From a virus (Duplodnaviria; Heunggongvirae; Uroviricota; Caudoviricetes): 48,006 nt of DNA. The stretch lies in the IMG/VR virus record IMGVR_UViG_2541047905_000004, positions 1 to 48,006 of that record. One strand, 5' to 3'. The notes under the pieces were generated by a model that was given only the letters and a program-made list of their open reading frames with translations, was not told the origin of the DNA and ran no database searches. Position 1 is the first letter of the stretch, and every line of letters starts with the position of its first letter. Shown here in pieces: positions 36,118 to 47,842 of the stretch. Made by a program: the position numbers and the translations under genes.

Positions 36118-37884
36118 ATGAACACCACACTGACACCCGCAGATCTCGATCCCCGTCGGCAGGCCATGCTGCTGTACTTTCAGGGATACCGCGTAGCCCG
36201 CATTGCTGAAATGCTGGGCGAGAAAGTTGCAACCGTTCACAGCTGGAAAAAACGCGACAAGTGGGGTGACTATGGGCCGCTGGATCAGATGCAGCTCACC
36301 ACCGCCGCACGCTACTGCCAGCTCATTATGAAGGAGCACAAAGAAGGGAAAGATTTCAAAGAGATTGACCTGCTGGCGCGCCAGTCGGAGCGCCACGCGC
36401 GGATCGGCAAGTTTAACAATGGCGGCAACGAAGCCGACTTAAACCCTAACGTCGCCAACCGCAACAAAGGCCCGCGTCGTCAGCCGGAAAAGAACGTTTT
36501 CACCGATGAACAGATTGAGAAGCTGGAAGAAATCTTCCATTCCTCCATGTTCAACTACCAGCGCCACTGGTGGGAAGCCGGAAAAACCAACCGCATCCGC
36601 AACCTGCTAAAGTCACGCCAGATCGGCGCGACCTTCTATTTTGCCCGTGAAGCCCTGATTGACGCCCTGCTTACCGGACGTAACCAGATTTTCCTTTCTG
36701 CCAGTAAGGCACAGGCTCACGTCTTTAAGCAGTACATCATCGATTTTGCCAAAGAAGTCGAGGTGGAGCTGAAAGGTGATCCGATGGTGCTTCCTAACGG
36801 GGCCACGCTTTACTTCCTCGGCACCAATGCCCGCACTGCCCAGAGTTACCACGGCAACCTGTATCTGGATGAATATTTCTGGATCCCGAAATTCCAGGAG
36901 CTGCGCAAAGTGGCTTCCGGTATGGCTATTCACAAAAAATGGCGACAAACCTATTTTTCCACGCCATCCAGCCTGACCCACAGTGCTTATCCGTTCTGGT
37001 CCGGTGCGCTGTTCAACCGTGGACGCAACAAAGCCGACAAGGTGGACATCGACCTGTCCCACAGCAATCTGGCCCCCGGCCTGCTGTGCGCAGACGGGCA
37101 ATACCGCCAGATAGTCACCGTAGAAGATGCGGTGCGCGGCGGCTGTAACCTGTTCGACCTTGACCAGTTGCGCATGGAATACAGCCCGGACGAATACCAG
37201 AACCTGCTGATGTGTGAGTTCGTGGACGATCTCGCGTCCGTGTTCCCGCTCAGCGAGCTGCAGGCGTGCATGGTGGACAGTTGGGAAGTCTGGACCGACT
37301 TTCATGCACTGGCCCTGCGCCCGTTTGGCTGGCGCGAAGTGTGGATCGGTTATGACCCGGCAAAAGGTACGCAGAACGGCGACAGCGCCGGATGCGTGGT
37401 GGTGGCACCGCCAGCCGTGCAGGGCGGTAAGTTCCGCATTCTTGAGCGTCACCAGTGGCGCGGAATGGACTTCCGCGCCCAGGCTGACGCCATCAAAAAA
37501 CTGACCGAACAGTATAACGTGACCTATATCGGCATCGACTCGACCGGCGTCGGTCACGGGGTTTACGAGAACGTGAAAGCGTTTTTTCCTGCCGTCCGGG
37601 AGTTTGTCTACAACCCCAACGTTAAAAACGCCCTGGTACTCAAGGCCTACGACATTATCAGTCACCGCCGCCTGGAATTTGACGCCGGACACACCGACAT
37701 TGCGCAGTCATTCATGGCAATCCGTCGCGCCACCACCGCCAGCGGCAACCGCCCGACCTATGAAGCCAGCCGCAGCGAAGAAGCCAGCCATGCCGATCTG
37801 GCCTGGGCAACAATGCACGCACTGTTTAACGAACCGCTGCAGGGCGAGTCCGCCAATGCCAGCAATATTGTGGAGATTTTTTGA
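36118..37884 (+). CDS. P: Terminase large subunit P (mirror copy)
   Basis: Mirror of 10437..12203. Confidence 0.85.
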   Translation: MNTTLTPADLDPRRQAMLLYFQGYRVARIAEMLGEKVATVHSWKKRDKWGDYGPLDQMQLTTAARYCQLIMKEHKEGKDFKEIDLLARQSERHARIGKFNNGGNEADLNPNVANRNKGPRRQPEKNVFTDEQIEKLEEIFHSSMFNYQRHWWEAGKTNRIRNLLKSRQIGATFYFAREALIDALLTGRNQIFLSASKAQAHVFKQYIIDFAKEVEVELKGDPMVLPNGATLYFLGTNARTAQSYHGNLYLDEYFWIPKFQELRKVASGMAIHKKWRQTYFSTPSSLTHSAYPFWSGALFNRGRNKADKVDIDLSHSNLAPGLLCADGQYRQIVTVEDAVRGGCNLFDLDQLRMEYSPDEYQNLLMCEFVDDLASVFPLSELQACMVDSWEVWTDFHALALRPFGWREVWIGYDPAKGTQNGDSAGCVVVAPPAVQGGKFRILERHQWRGMDFRAQADAIKKLTEQYNVTYIGIDSTGVGHGVYENVKAFFPAVREFVYNPNVKNALVLKAYDIISHRRLEFDAGHTDIAQSFMAIRRATTASGNRPTYEASRSEEASHADLAWATMHALFNEPLQGESANASNIVEIF

Positions 37885-38909
37885 TGGGAAAGAGTAAGAA
37901 GAACCGCGCTGCGTCGACGAACCAGAACCAGCATAAAAGCCAGACTTCAGCCGAAGCATTCAGCTTCGGTGATCCCGTTCCTGTTCTGGACCGCCGCGAA
38001 CTGCTGGACTATGTGGAATGCGTACAGATGGATCGCTGGTATGAGCCGCCCGTCAGCTTTGACGGGCTGGCACGAACCTTCCGTGCCGCCGTGCATCACA
38101 GCTCACCGATTGCGGTGAAATGCAACATTTTGACCAGCACCTACATCCCTCACCCGCTGCTCAGCCAGCAGGCTTTTTCGCGTTTTGTGCAGGACTATTT
38201 GGTTTTTGGTAACGCCTACCTGGAGAAACGCACGAACCGCTTCGGTGAAGTTATCGCCCTTGAGCCTGCGCTGGCAAAATACACCCGACGCGGGTTAGAC
38301 TTGGATACCTACTGGTTTGTGCAATACGGTATGACAACCCAGCCATATCAGTTCACGAAAGGCAGCATTTTTCATCTGATGGAACCGGACATTAACCAGG
38401 AGATCTACGGCTTGCCCGGCTATCTTTCTGCCATTCCGTCCGCCCTGCTCAATGAGTCCGCCACGCTGTTCCGTCGAAAGTATTACATTAACGGCAGTCA
38501 TGCTGGCTTCATCATGTATATGACCGACGCCGCGCAGAACCAGGAAGATGTGAACAACCTCCGCAACGCGATGAAAAGCGCCAAAGGTCCAGGCAACTTC
38601 CGCAACCTGTTTATGTACTCGCCTAACGGCAAAAAGGACGGGCTTCAGATTATTCCTCTGTCAGAAGTCGCGGCAAAGGATGAATTTTTGAATATCAAGA
38701 ACGTGAGCCGGGATGACATGATGGCTGCGCACCGCGTGCCGCCGCAAATGATGGGGATTATGCCTAATAATGTTGGAGGGTTTGGGGATGTGGAGAAGGC
38801 GAGTAATGTTTTTGTAAGAAATGAACTAACATCATTGCAAAAAAGATTTGAAGAATTGAATATATGGTTAGGTAAAACTGTTATCAGTTTTGACGCCTAC
38901 AAACTTTAA
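37884..38909 (+). CDS. Q: Portal protein Q (mirror copy)
   Basis: Mirror of 9412..10437; ATG at 37884 checked in sequence. Confidence 0.85.
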   Translation: MGKSKKNRAASTNQNQHKSQTSAEAFSFGDPVPVLDRRELLDYVECVQMDRWYEPPVSFDGLARTFRAAVHHSSPIAVKCNILTSTYIPHPLLSQQAFSRFVQDYLVFGNAYLEKRTNRFGEVIALEPALAKYTRRGLDLDTYWFVQYGMTTQPYQFTKGSIFHLMEPDINQEIYGLPGYLSAIPSALLNESATLFRRKYYINGSHAGFIMYMTDAAQNQEDVNNLRNAMKSAKGPGNFRNLFMYSPNGKKDGLQIIPLSEVAAKDEFLNIKNVSRDDMMAAHRVPPQMMGIMPNNVGGFGDVEKASNVFVRNELTSLQKRFEELNIWLGKTVISFDAYKL

Positions 38910-38914
38910 TAATT

Positions 38915-38937
38915 ATTTGAAAGGTGCCCTGGCACCT
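38915..38937. terminator. Bidirectional hairpin (mirror copy)
   Basis: Mirror of 9384..9406. Confidence 0.4.
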
Positions 38938-39624
38938 TTATCTATTGCACCTTGGATTAAACTTCCCTTCCACATAATTTACAACCTCAACAAATTCGCT
39001 ACCATTTACCTCTCTAAAGCTAAAAACCCCTTTGCCATCTACGCATTTCTTTAAAACAAAATTGCCGTTATATTCTCCAACTACTATTTTTCCATCCAAG
39101 GTTTTCCATAGAACAGATGCAAACTGATTATGATAATTAATCCCTCCAAGAAAACTAGTAACTGACATAAAGAAAACCGTTAATATGGCATATACGAAAT
39201 CTATATTAATCAAATCACCACTTCGTTCAAATGTTTTGAACAACGACATTACCACCAACCATGAACAAATACCAAAAAGACCACCATTAAGATAGTTAAC
39301 TAAGTCTTTCTCCCCCCTCTTAAAACTTAAAAAAACTGAAAATATTGTTATGGCAATAAAAATCCAAAGAACATACTTAATTTTATTAAGTTTAATCGCA
39401 CCATCATTCAAAATAAAATTAAAAACACCTATAACAATACTACCAAAATAGAAAAAAAGCTTTAAAGAAATATTCGCAACACTCGTTAAATCTAATGATA
39501 TAAGTATTGCTGGATAACCAAAATAAACGGCCTCACCAAGTTTAAAAAAATATGCCAATATAAATAGCAACACCGTCAGTATTGTTACCAATGGAAAATC
39601 AAAGTTATTATTAAATTTAACCAT
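38938..39624 (-). CDS. Hypothetical polytopic membrane protein (mirror copy)
   Basis: Mirror of 8697..9383. Confidence 0.5.
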   Translation of the reverse strand: MVKFNNNFDFPLVTILTVLLFILAYFFKLGEAVYFGYPAILISLDLTSVANISLKLFFYFGSIVIGVFNFILNDGAIKLNKIKYVLWIFIAITIFSVFLSFKRGEKDLVNYLNGGLFGICSWLVVMSLFKTFERSGDLINIDFVYAILTVFFMSVTSFLGGINYHNQFASVLWKTLDGKIVVGEYNGNFVLKKCVDGKGVFSFREVNGSEFVEVVNYVEGKFNPRCNR

Positions 39625-39679
39625 ACATTACAAGATTCCATTTTATTTTAATAGCGCCCACTTACGCAGACGCCCCATA

Positions 39680-39970
39680 TTATTCTTTAATAAGAGTACC
39701 CCAATCTACATCAGATTCTGCAACTACAATATTAATTGAACATTGTACGCACTCCTCACTTATTCTCGTATAAGTGAAATATCTAGTTTTAACAATACCA
39801 CTAAACGAAGACCGACTATTGTCATTACATATAGAGACAAAATCACCTACATTGGGAAGTAGAAGAAAAGGATTTTCTTCTGACGAACAGCCTACTATAT
39901 CTCCGTCATCAATTGGTCTTGTGGACCCTTTAGGCAAGTATTGGTAATCATAGCTATATATCGTTTTCAT
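39680..39970 (-). CDS. Hypothetical Cys-containing small protein (mirror copy)
   Basis: Mirror of 8351..8641. Confidence 0.45.
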   Translation of the reverse strand: MKTIYSYDYQYLPKGSTRPIDDGDIVGCSSEENPFLLLPNVGDFVSICNDNSRSSFSGIVKTRYFTYTRISEECVQCSINIVVAESDVDWGTLIKE

Positions 39971-40076
39971 AACCTATCATTTTCCATATCTAAAACTTCA
40001 TAGAGGGACTAAATATCCTTCGCATTTTACATTTAGTCAATATTTTTCAATTCAATCTGTTATGTCATCCCGCGCG

Positions 40077-40095
40077 CTCGTATCCCCGCCACGCC
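40077..40095. other. Candidate cos site (mirror copy)
   Basis: Mirror of 8226..8244. Confidence 0.3.
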
Positions 40096-40140
40096 TGCCC
40101 GCTTTATGTAGTGGTTTTCATGCAGGTGCATGATCTACGC

Positions 40141-40165
40141 AAAAGCCCGCCAGTTCTGGCGGGCC
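40141..40165 (-). terminator. Terminator-like hairpin (mirror copy)
   Basis: Mirror of 8156..8180. Confidence 0.4.
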
Positions 40166-40437
40166 TTAGCAAAAACGATCCTCAAACGATCATGCAATCT
40201 CATGCAGCATAGACATGCACAAACGAGTAAAGCGAATCGGACTTTACGCAAGGTGAACTCCTCAGCGGGTATAATCAGTATGTCGGAAGATCTCTAAAAA
40301 TAAATAATTCGGTTAACAGGTATGCTTACAAAAGCATATATTTGATTAAAAATCATGTAAGGGGGAGGATCTCAAACTGAATCGCCACGGGTTTTACAAA
40401 TTTCGATAGTCTCTCTAACGTTTCGGCTGAGGTCAAA

Positions 40438-40863
40438 ATGAAAAGCTTTTACGTATTAATTTTAATTCTGGTTGCAAGCTTTGTTAGCGTCCCAGTTCAG
40501 GCGGTAACAGCTAAAAACTATGAGAAAGGAACTAAAGCTCAACAGAAATCAATATCTTACCTTTCATGTGCATTCTATGGCAGTAGCACACAATTAGATC
40601 CTAGCTACACGGGGCAAGTACCTACAGCCGATATCAAGATATTACAGAAAGCAGCTTACCACGCTTACAACGATGCGCTCTCATACTTTGGCTATGAGGA
40701 ACCAGATCACGAACAACGCATAATTGATTATGCTGAATTTGTGGCGTCGCAAGAAGCTGTGTTATGGGATAAGCCGGGAATGAATGGAAAGCAGGTAACA
40801 CTAATTGCTCGTTCTCTCTACAATGAGAGTAACTGTAACTTGTTACTGGACTCAATTAAGTAG
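40438..40863 (+). CDS. Secreted hypothetical protein (mirror copy)
   Basis: Mirror of 7458..7883. Confidence 0.5.
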   Translation: MKSFYVLILILVASFVSVPVQAVTAKNYEKGTKAQQKSISYLSCAFYGSSTQLDPSYTGQVPTADIKILQKAAYHAYNDALSYFGYEEPDHEQRIIDYAEFVASQEAVLWDKPGMNGKQVTLIARSLYNESNCNLLLDSIK

Positions 40864-41022
40864 GAAAAAGATGGTATTTTGCCCGTAGTTTCAACCTTAA
40901 TCTCCGAACCTGTCGGAGAACGGGCGTTCACTCATCAAATAAACGCCACACCTAACGCCTCACTGTACTCGTTGTTCAACCTTGCTGACGCCAGAACCAA
41001 GTTCAGACGCCAGCAACTTTTC

Positions 41023-41256
41023 TTAATGCAGCCAGCTGTCGTCTTCCCACACCTTCTGCATAATTTTCATCACTTGTTTTCTTTCTTCGTCCAGTTGCAG
41101 TCCGGTCAGTTCCACACCGTTAGAGCTACCTTTGCGGATGCGAATTACCGTTTTGGGATACAGGGGGCGCAGATTGCGGTAAAGCTCTGATTCAAGAGCG
41201 TCCAGGGTAGACTGGCTAATCTTCTGCTCTTTATCGATCATTATTTCAATGCGCAT
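41023..41256 (-). CDS. DinI-like protein (mirror copy)
   Basis: Mirror of 7065..7298. Confidence 0.6.
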   Translation of the reverse strand: MRIEIMIDKEQKISQSTLDALESELYRNLRPLYPKTVIRIRKGSSNGVELTGLQLDEERKQVMKIMQKVWEDDSWLH

Positions 41257-41266
41257 AAAAGTCACC

Positions 41267-41455
41267 TCAACTGATGACATCCATTGAGCGGTTGTATTCG
41301 TGAGTTCTGATTTTTGCCATGAGTTCATCAGTCAACTCAGAAACCCACTGCAGAGCCAGCCCCTTCTCTTCATCACTACACTCACTAGCCGCTACAAGCT
41401 TAAGAAAAAAATCAATGCGCTGGAGCTTCAAAGACTCCAAAAAATAGTCCTGCAT
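41267..41455 (-). CDS. Hypothetical SOS-regulated small protein (mirror copy)
   Basis: Mirror of 6866..7054. Confidence 0.4.
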   Translation of the reverse strand: MQDYFLESLKLQRIDFFLKLVAASECSDEEKGLALQWVSELTDELMAKIRTHEYNRSMDVIS

Positions 41456-41495
41456 CTTTCCTCCTATGACACCAAAGCAATACTGTATATATAAT

Positions 41496-41515
41496 CACTG
41501 TTTATATTTACAGTA
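41496..41515. promoter_or_regulatory. LexA box candidate (mirror copy)
   Basis: Mirror of 6806..6825. Confidence 0.55.
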
Positions 41516-41607
41516 TATAATAATCTTACTGATGTAAAACGTTTTTTTACGTTCATCAGCCTGATATGCCTGGTATTATTAAGAGCACGAATTGTTAACC
41601 CGCGTAA

Positions 41608-44022
41608 TTAATACAGATCCCGCCACTTATCATCTTCCCGCAAACGCTGGTTCCGATAGAAGATACGCAGGCCTGCTCCTGACGGAATACTGCCGCCGCG
41701 AAGGAGTAAATCGACCTCTTTCTCGCTACCATCAAATCCTCTGGACTTCAGCTCATAGACGAGCTGCAGTCGCTGATGGTCTGTAATTCGCTGTTTGTAG
41801 TCTTTACGCCGTTTCGGTTTAACCAGGCGTAACCTTGCTGCCAGTTCCCGGCGCTCTTTTTTGCTCATACTGTGCAGGTAATCGTGCAACTCCTTGTCAT
41901 CCATGCGGTTAATGTCCGTTCTAGTGTCCCCATCAGCTGATTTATCTTTCTCCTGTTGGTTCAAATTTTCAGCAAGGGGACAGTTATTGCCACGAGTCCA
42001 AGGGGCGCAAGCGCCCTGGTCGGCTGCCGCCTCCTGAACGTCAACGGCTTTACGAACCATTTTCCACTTCACTGCATGAGTGCAGATCTTGCCCTCTGCA
42101 ATGGGTGACCAGATGCCATAAATACGAATGCCGTGATCGCCATAGGCGGTCGGCTCTTCGTTGATTTCATAAGCGGTTCTGATGAGGTGATATTTACGGG
42201 GAACCAGTACGCCGCCCTGCTTCATGATGTAGGTGGCAAAACAACCAGCATCAGCAGCAGCCAGGATGGCATCAAGGCGCGGGTTATCCAGTACCGGCGC
42301 ACCTGCTTTTTTGTCCCCCTTTTGCCTTACCGCCTGACCAGCCAGCAATCGCAGTTCACGGTAAGCCTGACGCCCCGGAATGCCAAAGAAGCGGAATTGC
42401 TGAACACGATGCAAAGACGCCCAGGCATTCACGTATTCAGCGTTATCACGCAGAGATTTACCCGTTTCCTTGCTGATCTCGCCAGCCAGACCACGCCCGT
42501 CAATGTTCTTACTGATGTATTTCGCTATGTAGCTTGTCGGCGTTCCTTTGCGCGGGTTAATCAGCTCAGACTTAAAGCGCGGCCCCGTGTTATTGCCCAG
42601 CTCCTCGCGGTCTTCACGGATAGCAAACTTACGCAACAATGCTGTAATGGCGCGGCGGTCTTTTTTGCGCATGAAACACAACAGGTGCCAGTGAACTGTG
42701 CCGTCGTGATGCGGCTCAGCCACCCGCACGCCATACCAGCGCAACCCGGCTTTGTGCATCGCCTTACGAAATGCAGCAAACATACCGACCAGATAATCGC
42801 TGCTTTGTCTTACCGTCGCATTTGTCCAGGTCGGGTTGGGCCTGCCGTTATTTAGCGTGGAATGGAAACGTGACGGACAGGTGATGGTGTAGAAAACGGC
42901 GCAGTCACCGCGCATTTCCGCGATAAGCTCCAGACCTTTAACACAGGCCATCATCTCATTGCGGCGATGCGCAGGGTTGCTGCTGCTGGCGTTTACCACA
43001 TCCTCCATGTCTAGCGTGTCGCCGTCTTCGTTCACCAGTTCATGAGAACGGAAAAACTCCAGCGACTTACGGCGCTGCTCACGTTTATGCAACACGGCTT
43101 CATAGCTGACATAGGGAGATGCTTTTTTGCTGACAAGGCAGACAGCACGCAACTGCTCTTCCCGCCATTCGCAACGCATCTTCCATAATTTCCGATACCA
43201 CCAGTCGGCGCACAACATACGCGCCAGCGAACCCGGAATGAGTTCATAGGGCACGGGTTTACGGCGGTTTCTTTTCCGACGGAGTTGCTCAAACGCAGGC
43301 GGGATGACATCCAGACGCAGGGTTTCCGCTGCCACCCTTTCCCATGTATTGCGGATTTCTTCTGGCTTAACGTCATCGGTAGCATACAAATCGCCACAAG
43401 CGGCATCAAGGCACATACTCATATGCGCAGCTACCAGGGTGGACAGGCGTTTCACCTGATCCTGACTCATTTCAGGCAGGATCAGCAGGCCGTCCAGCCC
43501 TTCATGGCTTGCCATAAAGCGAAAAGATGCAGATAGCTGACTGTCGCGTACATGCTCCAGTCGTTCCAGACATGGCTTAATCGTCTCACGTAAATAGCGG
43601 GAATAAGCCTTTGGCCTGCCCAGGCTGCTGAAGTATTCAATACGTTGCATCAGCGGCTTGCTGATATGGGAAGGCTGGGCGTTGACGTCCGCCAGAATGA
43701 CCATATCCGGATTAAAACGCTGCTGCTCATGCGCCAGCTTTGCCCGACTAATGAGCTTATCCTGTTCCATTTCGCGCTGGACAGGATCACGGGATTCATT
43801 AAAGAAATAACGCTCCCAGACCTGATCACTCAGCGCCTCACGGCGCAGCTGTTCCTGCTCGTTATCGGCAGCGTACAGAGTGATCAGGTTTGAAAGCGTA
43901 GAAACCGGCGCAACTTCCACCGGGTCCAGATAAGGGTTAATGGCCTTTTTCGAGCTGTTCCATGAGAACGATGCGGCAGCTTCGTTAAAGCCGCAGCAGT
44001 TGTTCATATCGGCATGACTCAT
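41608..44022 (-). CDS. A: Replication initiation protein A (mirror copy)
   Basis: Mirror of 4299..6713. Confidence 0.85.
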   Translation of the reverse strand: MSHADMNNCCGFNEAAASFSWNSSKKAINPYLDPVEVAPVSTLSNLITLYAADNEQEQLRREALSDQVWERYFFNESRDPVQREMEQDKLISRAKLAHEQQRFNPDMVILADVNAQPSHISKPLMQRIEYFSSLGRPKAYSRYLRETIKPCLERLEHVRDSQLSASFRFMASHEGLDGLLILPEMSQDQVKRLSTLVAAHMSMCLDAACGDLYATDDVKPEEIRNTWERVAAETLRLDVIPPAFEQLRRKRNRRKPVPYELIPGSLARMLCADWWYRKLWKMRCEWREEQLRAVCLVSKKASPYVSYEAVLHKREQRRKSLEFFRSHELVNEDGDTLDMEDVVNASSSNPAHRRNEMMACVKGLELIAEMRGDCAVFYTITCPSRFHSTLNNGRPNPTWTNATVRQSSDYLVGMFAAFRKAMHKAGLRWYGVRVAEPHHDGTVHWHLLCFMRKKDRRAITALLRKFAIREDREELGNNTGPRFKSELINPRKGTPTSYIAKYISKNIDGRGLAGEISKETGKSLRDNAEYVNAWASLHRVQQFRFFGIPGRQAYRELRLLAGQAVRQKGDKKAGAPVLDNPRLDAILAAADAGCFATYIMKQGGVLVPRKYHLIRTAYEINEEPTAYGDHGIRIYGIWSPIAEGKICTHAVKWKMVRKAVDVQEAAADQGACAPWTRGNNCPLAENLNQQEKDKSADGDTRTDINRMDDKELHDYLHSMSKKERRELAARLRLVKPKRRKDYKQRITDHQRLQLVYELKSRGFDGSEKEVDLLLRGGSIPSGAGLRIFYRNQRLREDDKWRDLY

Positions 44023-44876
44023 GCACGTACTCCGTACACGGCAGAACTATCCACGCCACGCGAATAATCAAATCCCACCCAGCAGCGCGGCCCGGAAACA
44101 GCAATGATTTCTGTTGCTGATTTACCCTCGCCAGCTGCCACACCGATGCTGCGTTTTGCCTTGATGTAGTGGTGAGTAAAATTGCGATACAGCGAACGGA
44201 TCAGGGATGTGTCACTGTTAGAAACAATGACCGGATGTCCTTCTGATGACCGATGTTCAAGAACAGATGCCAGGTGATACTGGTCATCTTCAGTGAAGCC
44301 GTCAGTGTGATAGCCGGAAAACGTACCGTCATACGGCGGATCGCAATACACCACATCCCCCGCCTTCAACATCGCCAGCGTTTCATCAAAGCTGGCGCAG
44401 ATAAACGTTGCTCGCTGGGCCTTTTCTGCAAATGCGCGAATTTCTTTTTCAGGGAAATACGGATTTTTATAATTACCGTAGGGAATGTTGAAATGCCCGC
44501 TCTTGTTATAGCGACATAAACCACGGTAACCGTGACGATTGAGATACAGGAAATATACCGCTTTCATGAAATCAGTAATTTCAGTTGAGTAATTAAACTC
44601 CTGCCTTATGTTGTAATAAGCCACCTCCCTGTTTGCGATCTCAAATAAAACTCTGGCGCGAGATATAAACGATTCACAATCAGCGGCAACCTTTTTATAG
44701 AGGTTGATTAAATCAGGATTAATATCCGCAACCAGATAGCTGGGATAATCCGTCTCCATCATCACAGCACAGGAACCCGCGAAAGGTTCAACCAGTCGCG
44801 GGCCAGCAGGAAGATGTTTTTTTAGTTCGGACATTATGGCAGTTTTATTTCCCGCCCATTTCAGGATGGTGCTCAT
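44019..44876 (-). CDS. dam: Dam-like DNA adenine methyltransferase (mirror copy)
   Basis: Mirror of 3445..4302. Confidence 0.8.
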   Translation of the reverse strand: MSTILKWAGNKTAIMSELKKHLPAGPRLVEPFAGSCAVMMETDYPSYLVADINPDLINLYKKVAADCESFISRARVLFEIANREVAYYNIRQEFNYSTEITDFMKAVYFLYLNRHGYRGLCRYNKSGHFNIPYGNYKNPYFPEKEIRAFAEKAQRATFICASFDETLAMLKAGDVVYCDPPYDGTFSGYHTDGFTEDDQYHLASVLEHRSSEGHPVIVSNSDTSLIRSLYRNFTHHYIKAKRSIGVAAGEGKSATEIIAVSGPRCWVGFDYSRGVDSSAVYGVRA

Positions 44877-45100
44877 ACAGCACCTCCGTTGTAATGTTTG
44901 CCTTTCAGCTCTGCGATTTCCTGACAGGTAATGCAAAGCTGCACACCCGGAATGGCACGGCGGCGTGCTGGCGGAATTGGCGCTTCACACTCAATGCAAA
45001 GCACGCGGGACACGCCCGGCGTTTTGGCACGGGCAGCACGGATATGGCGTTGGCGTTCTTCTTCAACGCGCTGCTGTACGAGATCCATTGCATCAGCCAT
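44873..45100 (-). CDS. TraR/DksA-family zinc-finger protein (mirror copy)
   Basis: Mirror of 3221..3448. Confidence 0.65.
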   Translation of the reverse strand: MADAMDLVQQRVEEERQRHIRAARAKTPGVSRVLCIECEAPIPPARRRAIPGVQLCITCQEIAELKGKHYNGGAV

Positions 45101-45333
45101 TAGTGGATCTCCTGCGCTTCGTTCTGGATTGCTTCAGCAGTCACACGAAGCAGTTCTGCCGCTTCGACGTGGGTTAGCTGGCGGGATGTGATATGACACG
45201 CCAGGCTATCAAGGCGAGCTGCCATTGCTTCAGCCCTTGCCCGGCGTTCTTCCAGACGAGCCTCTGTCAGTAAAATATTAAGCCCTGCGTCATCCGGTCC
45301 GGTTTTGGTCGAGAGGGTTTCAATATTACGCAT
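45100..45333 (-). CDS. Hypothetical early protein, 77 aa (mirror copy)
   Basis: Mirror of 2988..3221. Confidence 0.4.
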   Translation of the reverse strand: MRNIETLSTKTGPDDAGLNILLTEARLEERRARAEAMAARLDSLACHITSRQLTHVEAAELLRVTAEAIQNEAQEIH

Positions 45334-45400
45334 AATCAATTCTCCTGAATTTAGATAAAGGGATGCCCGGCGGGTTTACGCCATTAATTTCATTAGTTGG

Positions 45401-45742
45401 TTAATTCGGCATGGTTAGCCGTCTGGGAAATAAGCTCACCACTGCACGAAAATGATTCATTGCTTTAATCAACTCCCGCTTTTCGTCAGTGGTCAGCTCA
45501 TTAATGCTGATGCTATGACGTTCAGCTGGAATTTTTGCCATAAAGAATATGGCAGCCAGTGCCCGTTTATTTTGTTCGCTATTAATATCCCGTGAATCAC
45601 GCATATCTTTAATAAACCGCTCAAGCTCTGACTCAATATTCAGGCCAAAAACTTTCGCCCTTAACTCCGCAATGTGATTAAGTCCATTCAGGCGTTCACC
45701 GGGGCTTAATGGAACAGTCGCCGCAGTGCCTTCAATAGCCAT
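45401..45742 (-). CDS. Hypothetical early protein, 113 aa (mirror copy)
   Basis: Mirror of 2579..2920. Confidence 0.4.
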   Translation of the reverse strand: MAIEGTAATVPLSPGERLNGLNHIAELRAKVFGLNIESELERFIKDMRDSRDINSEQNKRALAAIFFMAKIPAERHSISINELTTDEKRELIKAMNHFRAVVSLFPRRLTMPN

Positions 45743-45906
45743 TTGTTCCCCCGTTTTTTCGTAGATAGTTCTGCCAGCAATTCATCTTGTGAACGGCACG
45801 GATGCCAGCGTTTACCATCCTCCCCCATGATCCAGCCGTGACCGTAATGCATTGCCGGGCTTTGTTTAACCAGCAGCGATGCAAATGATGGTTCTTTCGT
45901 CAGCAT
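45706..45906 (-). CDS. Small early protein, possibly Fil-like (mirror copy)
   Basis: Mirror of 2415..2615. Confidence 0.35.
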   Translation of the reverse strand: MLTKEPSFASLLVKQSPAMHYGHGWIMGEDGKRWHPCRSQDELLAELSTKKRGNKWLLKALRRLFH

Positions 45907-45913
45907 AAGCACC

Positions 45914-46423
45914 TCACAGCAAACCAAATGAAGCACCGAGGCCAGTCACGGTATCAACTGCACTCGCCATCGCAGGATTAGCCTGTAAACGGGCCTGCAA
46001 TGAAACAGCCGCCAGCGCCATCAGTCGTGTTACAGAGTTAATGCTGCTGATAGCATCACGACGACCGGCACAGGTTTTTACATCGCCAGACACCGCACCT
46101 GCAGCAACACGCCCGATCTCTGCGGTTGCACTCATGACGTAATGTGGCAGTTTCTCTTTTGCCACCTCATTAATCGGTACACATGGCAGACAATGAATCT
46201 GTGCCAGAAAACCATCTACCAGCGTTGAATCTTCAGTCAGATCGGTAAGCAGCCAGATTTCTGGTGCGGTTAATAAATGAGGCTGAGCTGGGTTCAGCTT
46301 GTTCCGCAGAATCTGCACATTCATGCCTGCACGTTCTGCCAGTTGCACCAGATTGTGGCGCAGTGCAAATGCACGACAGGCTTCATCAAAATGTGGATGT
46401 TTGGAAACTTGGTAATCAAACAT
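45914..46423 (-). CDS. cII: CII-like regulator (mirror copy)
   Basis: Mirror of 1898..2407. Confidence 0.55.
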   Translation of the reverse strand: MFDYQVSKHPHFDEACRAFALRHNLVQLAERAGMNVQILRNKLNPAQPHLLTAPEIWLLTDLTEDSTLVDGFLAQIHCLPCVPINEVAKEKLPHYVMSATAEIGRVAAGAVSGDVKTCAGRRDAISSINSVTRLMALAAVSLQARLQANPAMASAVDTVTGLGASFGLL

Positions 46424-46455
46424 GGTCAATGCCTCTGATGTATTTCAGAATCGAA

Positions 46456-46677
46456 CTAATTAAGGTTTAGATTGCATTCTGAAAGCGCATCAACGGTCAT
46501 TGCTGCTATGTTGATCATCACTTTTTCGCGTTTTTTATCTTTGCGCAGACGGTGACGGATAAGGCGTCCATCAGCCAACATGTCATTGATGGTATCGATG
46601 GATAGCCCTGTCAGCTCGCTATAGCGTTCAATAGTCACATGAGGCGTGGTAAGAGTGATTGAAATGTTAGGTCTCAT
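46456..46677 (-). CDS. Apl/Cox-position small regulator (mirror copy)
   Basis: Mirror of 1644..1865. Confidence 0.45.
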   Translation of the reverse strand: MRPNISITLTTPHVTIERYSELTGLSIDTINDMLADGRLIRHRLRKDKKREKVMINIAAMTVDALSECNLNLN

Positions 46678-46796
46678 GATGCAACATTCCTCGTTTAATG
46701 ATGATTAATCAGGACGAATACGGATCGTTTGTATTTTGTGAACACCATAAACATACGATCGCACGGTGAAATCGTCAAGATAAAAGTTCACTTGGA
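46678..46796. promoter_or_regulatory. Immunity switch region (mirror copy)
   Basis: Mirror of 1525..1643. Confidence 0.45.
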
Positions 46797-46802
46797 GTGA
46801 CC

Positions 46803-47372
46803 ATGAATTTGGAGAAAGGCGGACGAGGCGCCATAGAGCGCATGGTAGAAGCTTATGGATTCAAGACTCGACAGGCGTTGTGCGATCATTTAGGAATCTC
46901 TAAAAGTACACTCGCCACACGCTACATGCGTGACTCATTCCCAGCAGAATGGGTAATCCAGTGCGCCCTTGAAACAGGCACCTCGCTTAATTGGCTCACA
47001 ACCGGGCATGGTTCAAAGCAAACTTCAGGTAATACAAATACTATGGAAGTTGCTAAATATGTATTATCTGATGGGGCCTTGTGTGAAGACGGTTTTTATA
47101 TTTTCGATAGAGAATTTCTACCGTCGGCATTCAAGAATCTTTTTGTAATCACAGATAATAATTCTGAATTTATTTGTGATAAGGAATTTGATGATATACG
47201 TGATGGTAAATGGGTAATAAGTATTGATGGCGAAATAACGATCCGTGACATTACTCGTTTACCCGGTGGAAGAATCTTCGTCGAGGGTGGAAACAGAGCC
47301 TTTGAATGTAAGATAGAAGACATTGAAATAATTGGTAAAATTATAAGTTTAACAGTCAAGTATGTTAAATAG
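46803..47372 (+). CDS. cI: 186-type CI repressor (mirror copy)
   Basis: Mirror of 949..1518; ATG at 46803 checked in sequence. Confidence 0.7.
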   Translation: MNLEKGGRGAIERMVEAYGFKTRQALCDHLGISKSTLATRYMRDSFPAEWVIQCALETGTSLNWLTTGHGSKQTSGNTNTMEVAKYVLSDGALCEDGFYIFDREFLPSAFKNLFVITDNNSEFICDKEFDDIRDGKWVISIDGEITIRDITRLPGGRIFVEGGNRAFECKIEDIEIIGKIISLTVKYVK

Positions 47373-47387
47373 TACCGGGAGGAAATT

Positions 47388-47579
47388 ATGCTTGGTAAGG
47401 TATTTTTTGTGGTTTTGTCATGTTCTTTGTTATTAAACCCACTAGCTACCTATGCTAGAAATTATCCCTGCTCAGGGAAAAAGGGAGGTGTTTCTCACTG
47501 TACCTCTGATGGCAAATTCGTTTGCAATGATGGAACTATTAGTAAATCCAAAAAAATCTGTACTAAAAACTCACGATAA
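47388..47579 (+). CDS. Small secreted hypothetical protein (mirror copy)
   Basis: Mirror of 742..933. Confidence 0.4.
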   Translation: MLGKVFFVVLSCSLLLNPLATYARNYPCSGKKGGVSHCTSDGKFVCNDGTISKSKKICTKNSR

Positions 47580-47809
47580 CTTTTGCTTTTATATCTGCGC
47601 CTAAAATAAAAATGAGCCACAGGTTAACCGCAAAAGTTACATGATCACATAGCAAAAAGAATAGCCTACTTCATTATGGCTTCAGTGAGATGTATGGTCG
47701 CAGGATTTCATACATTGACACTGGTTATACATACAGTAAAAATGCTCTCTATTGGAGGTAATGCCGATCAGTTAAGGATCAGTTGACCGATCCAGTGGCT
47801 GTGTAAGAA

Positions 47810-47842
47810 TCCGGAAACGCTCACTTGTTTCCGGATTTTTTT
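47810..47842 (+). terminator. Hairpin plus T-run 5' of the IS4 transposase ATG (mirror copy)
   Basis: Mirror of 479..511. Confidence 0.4.
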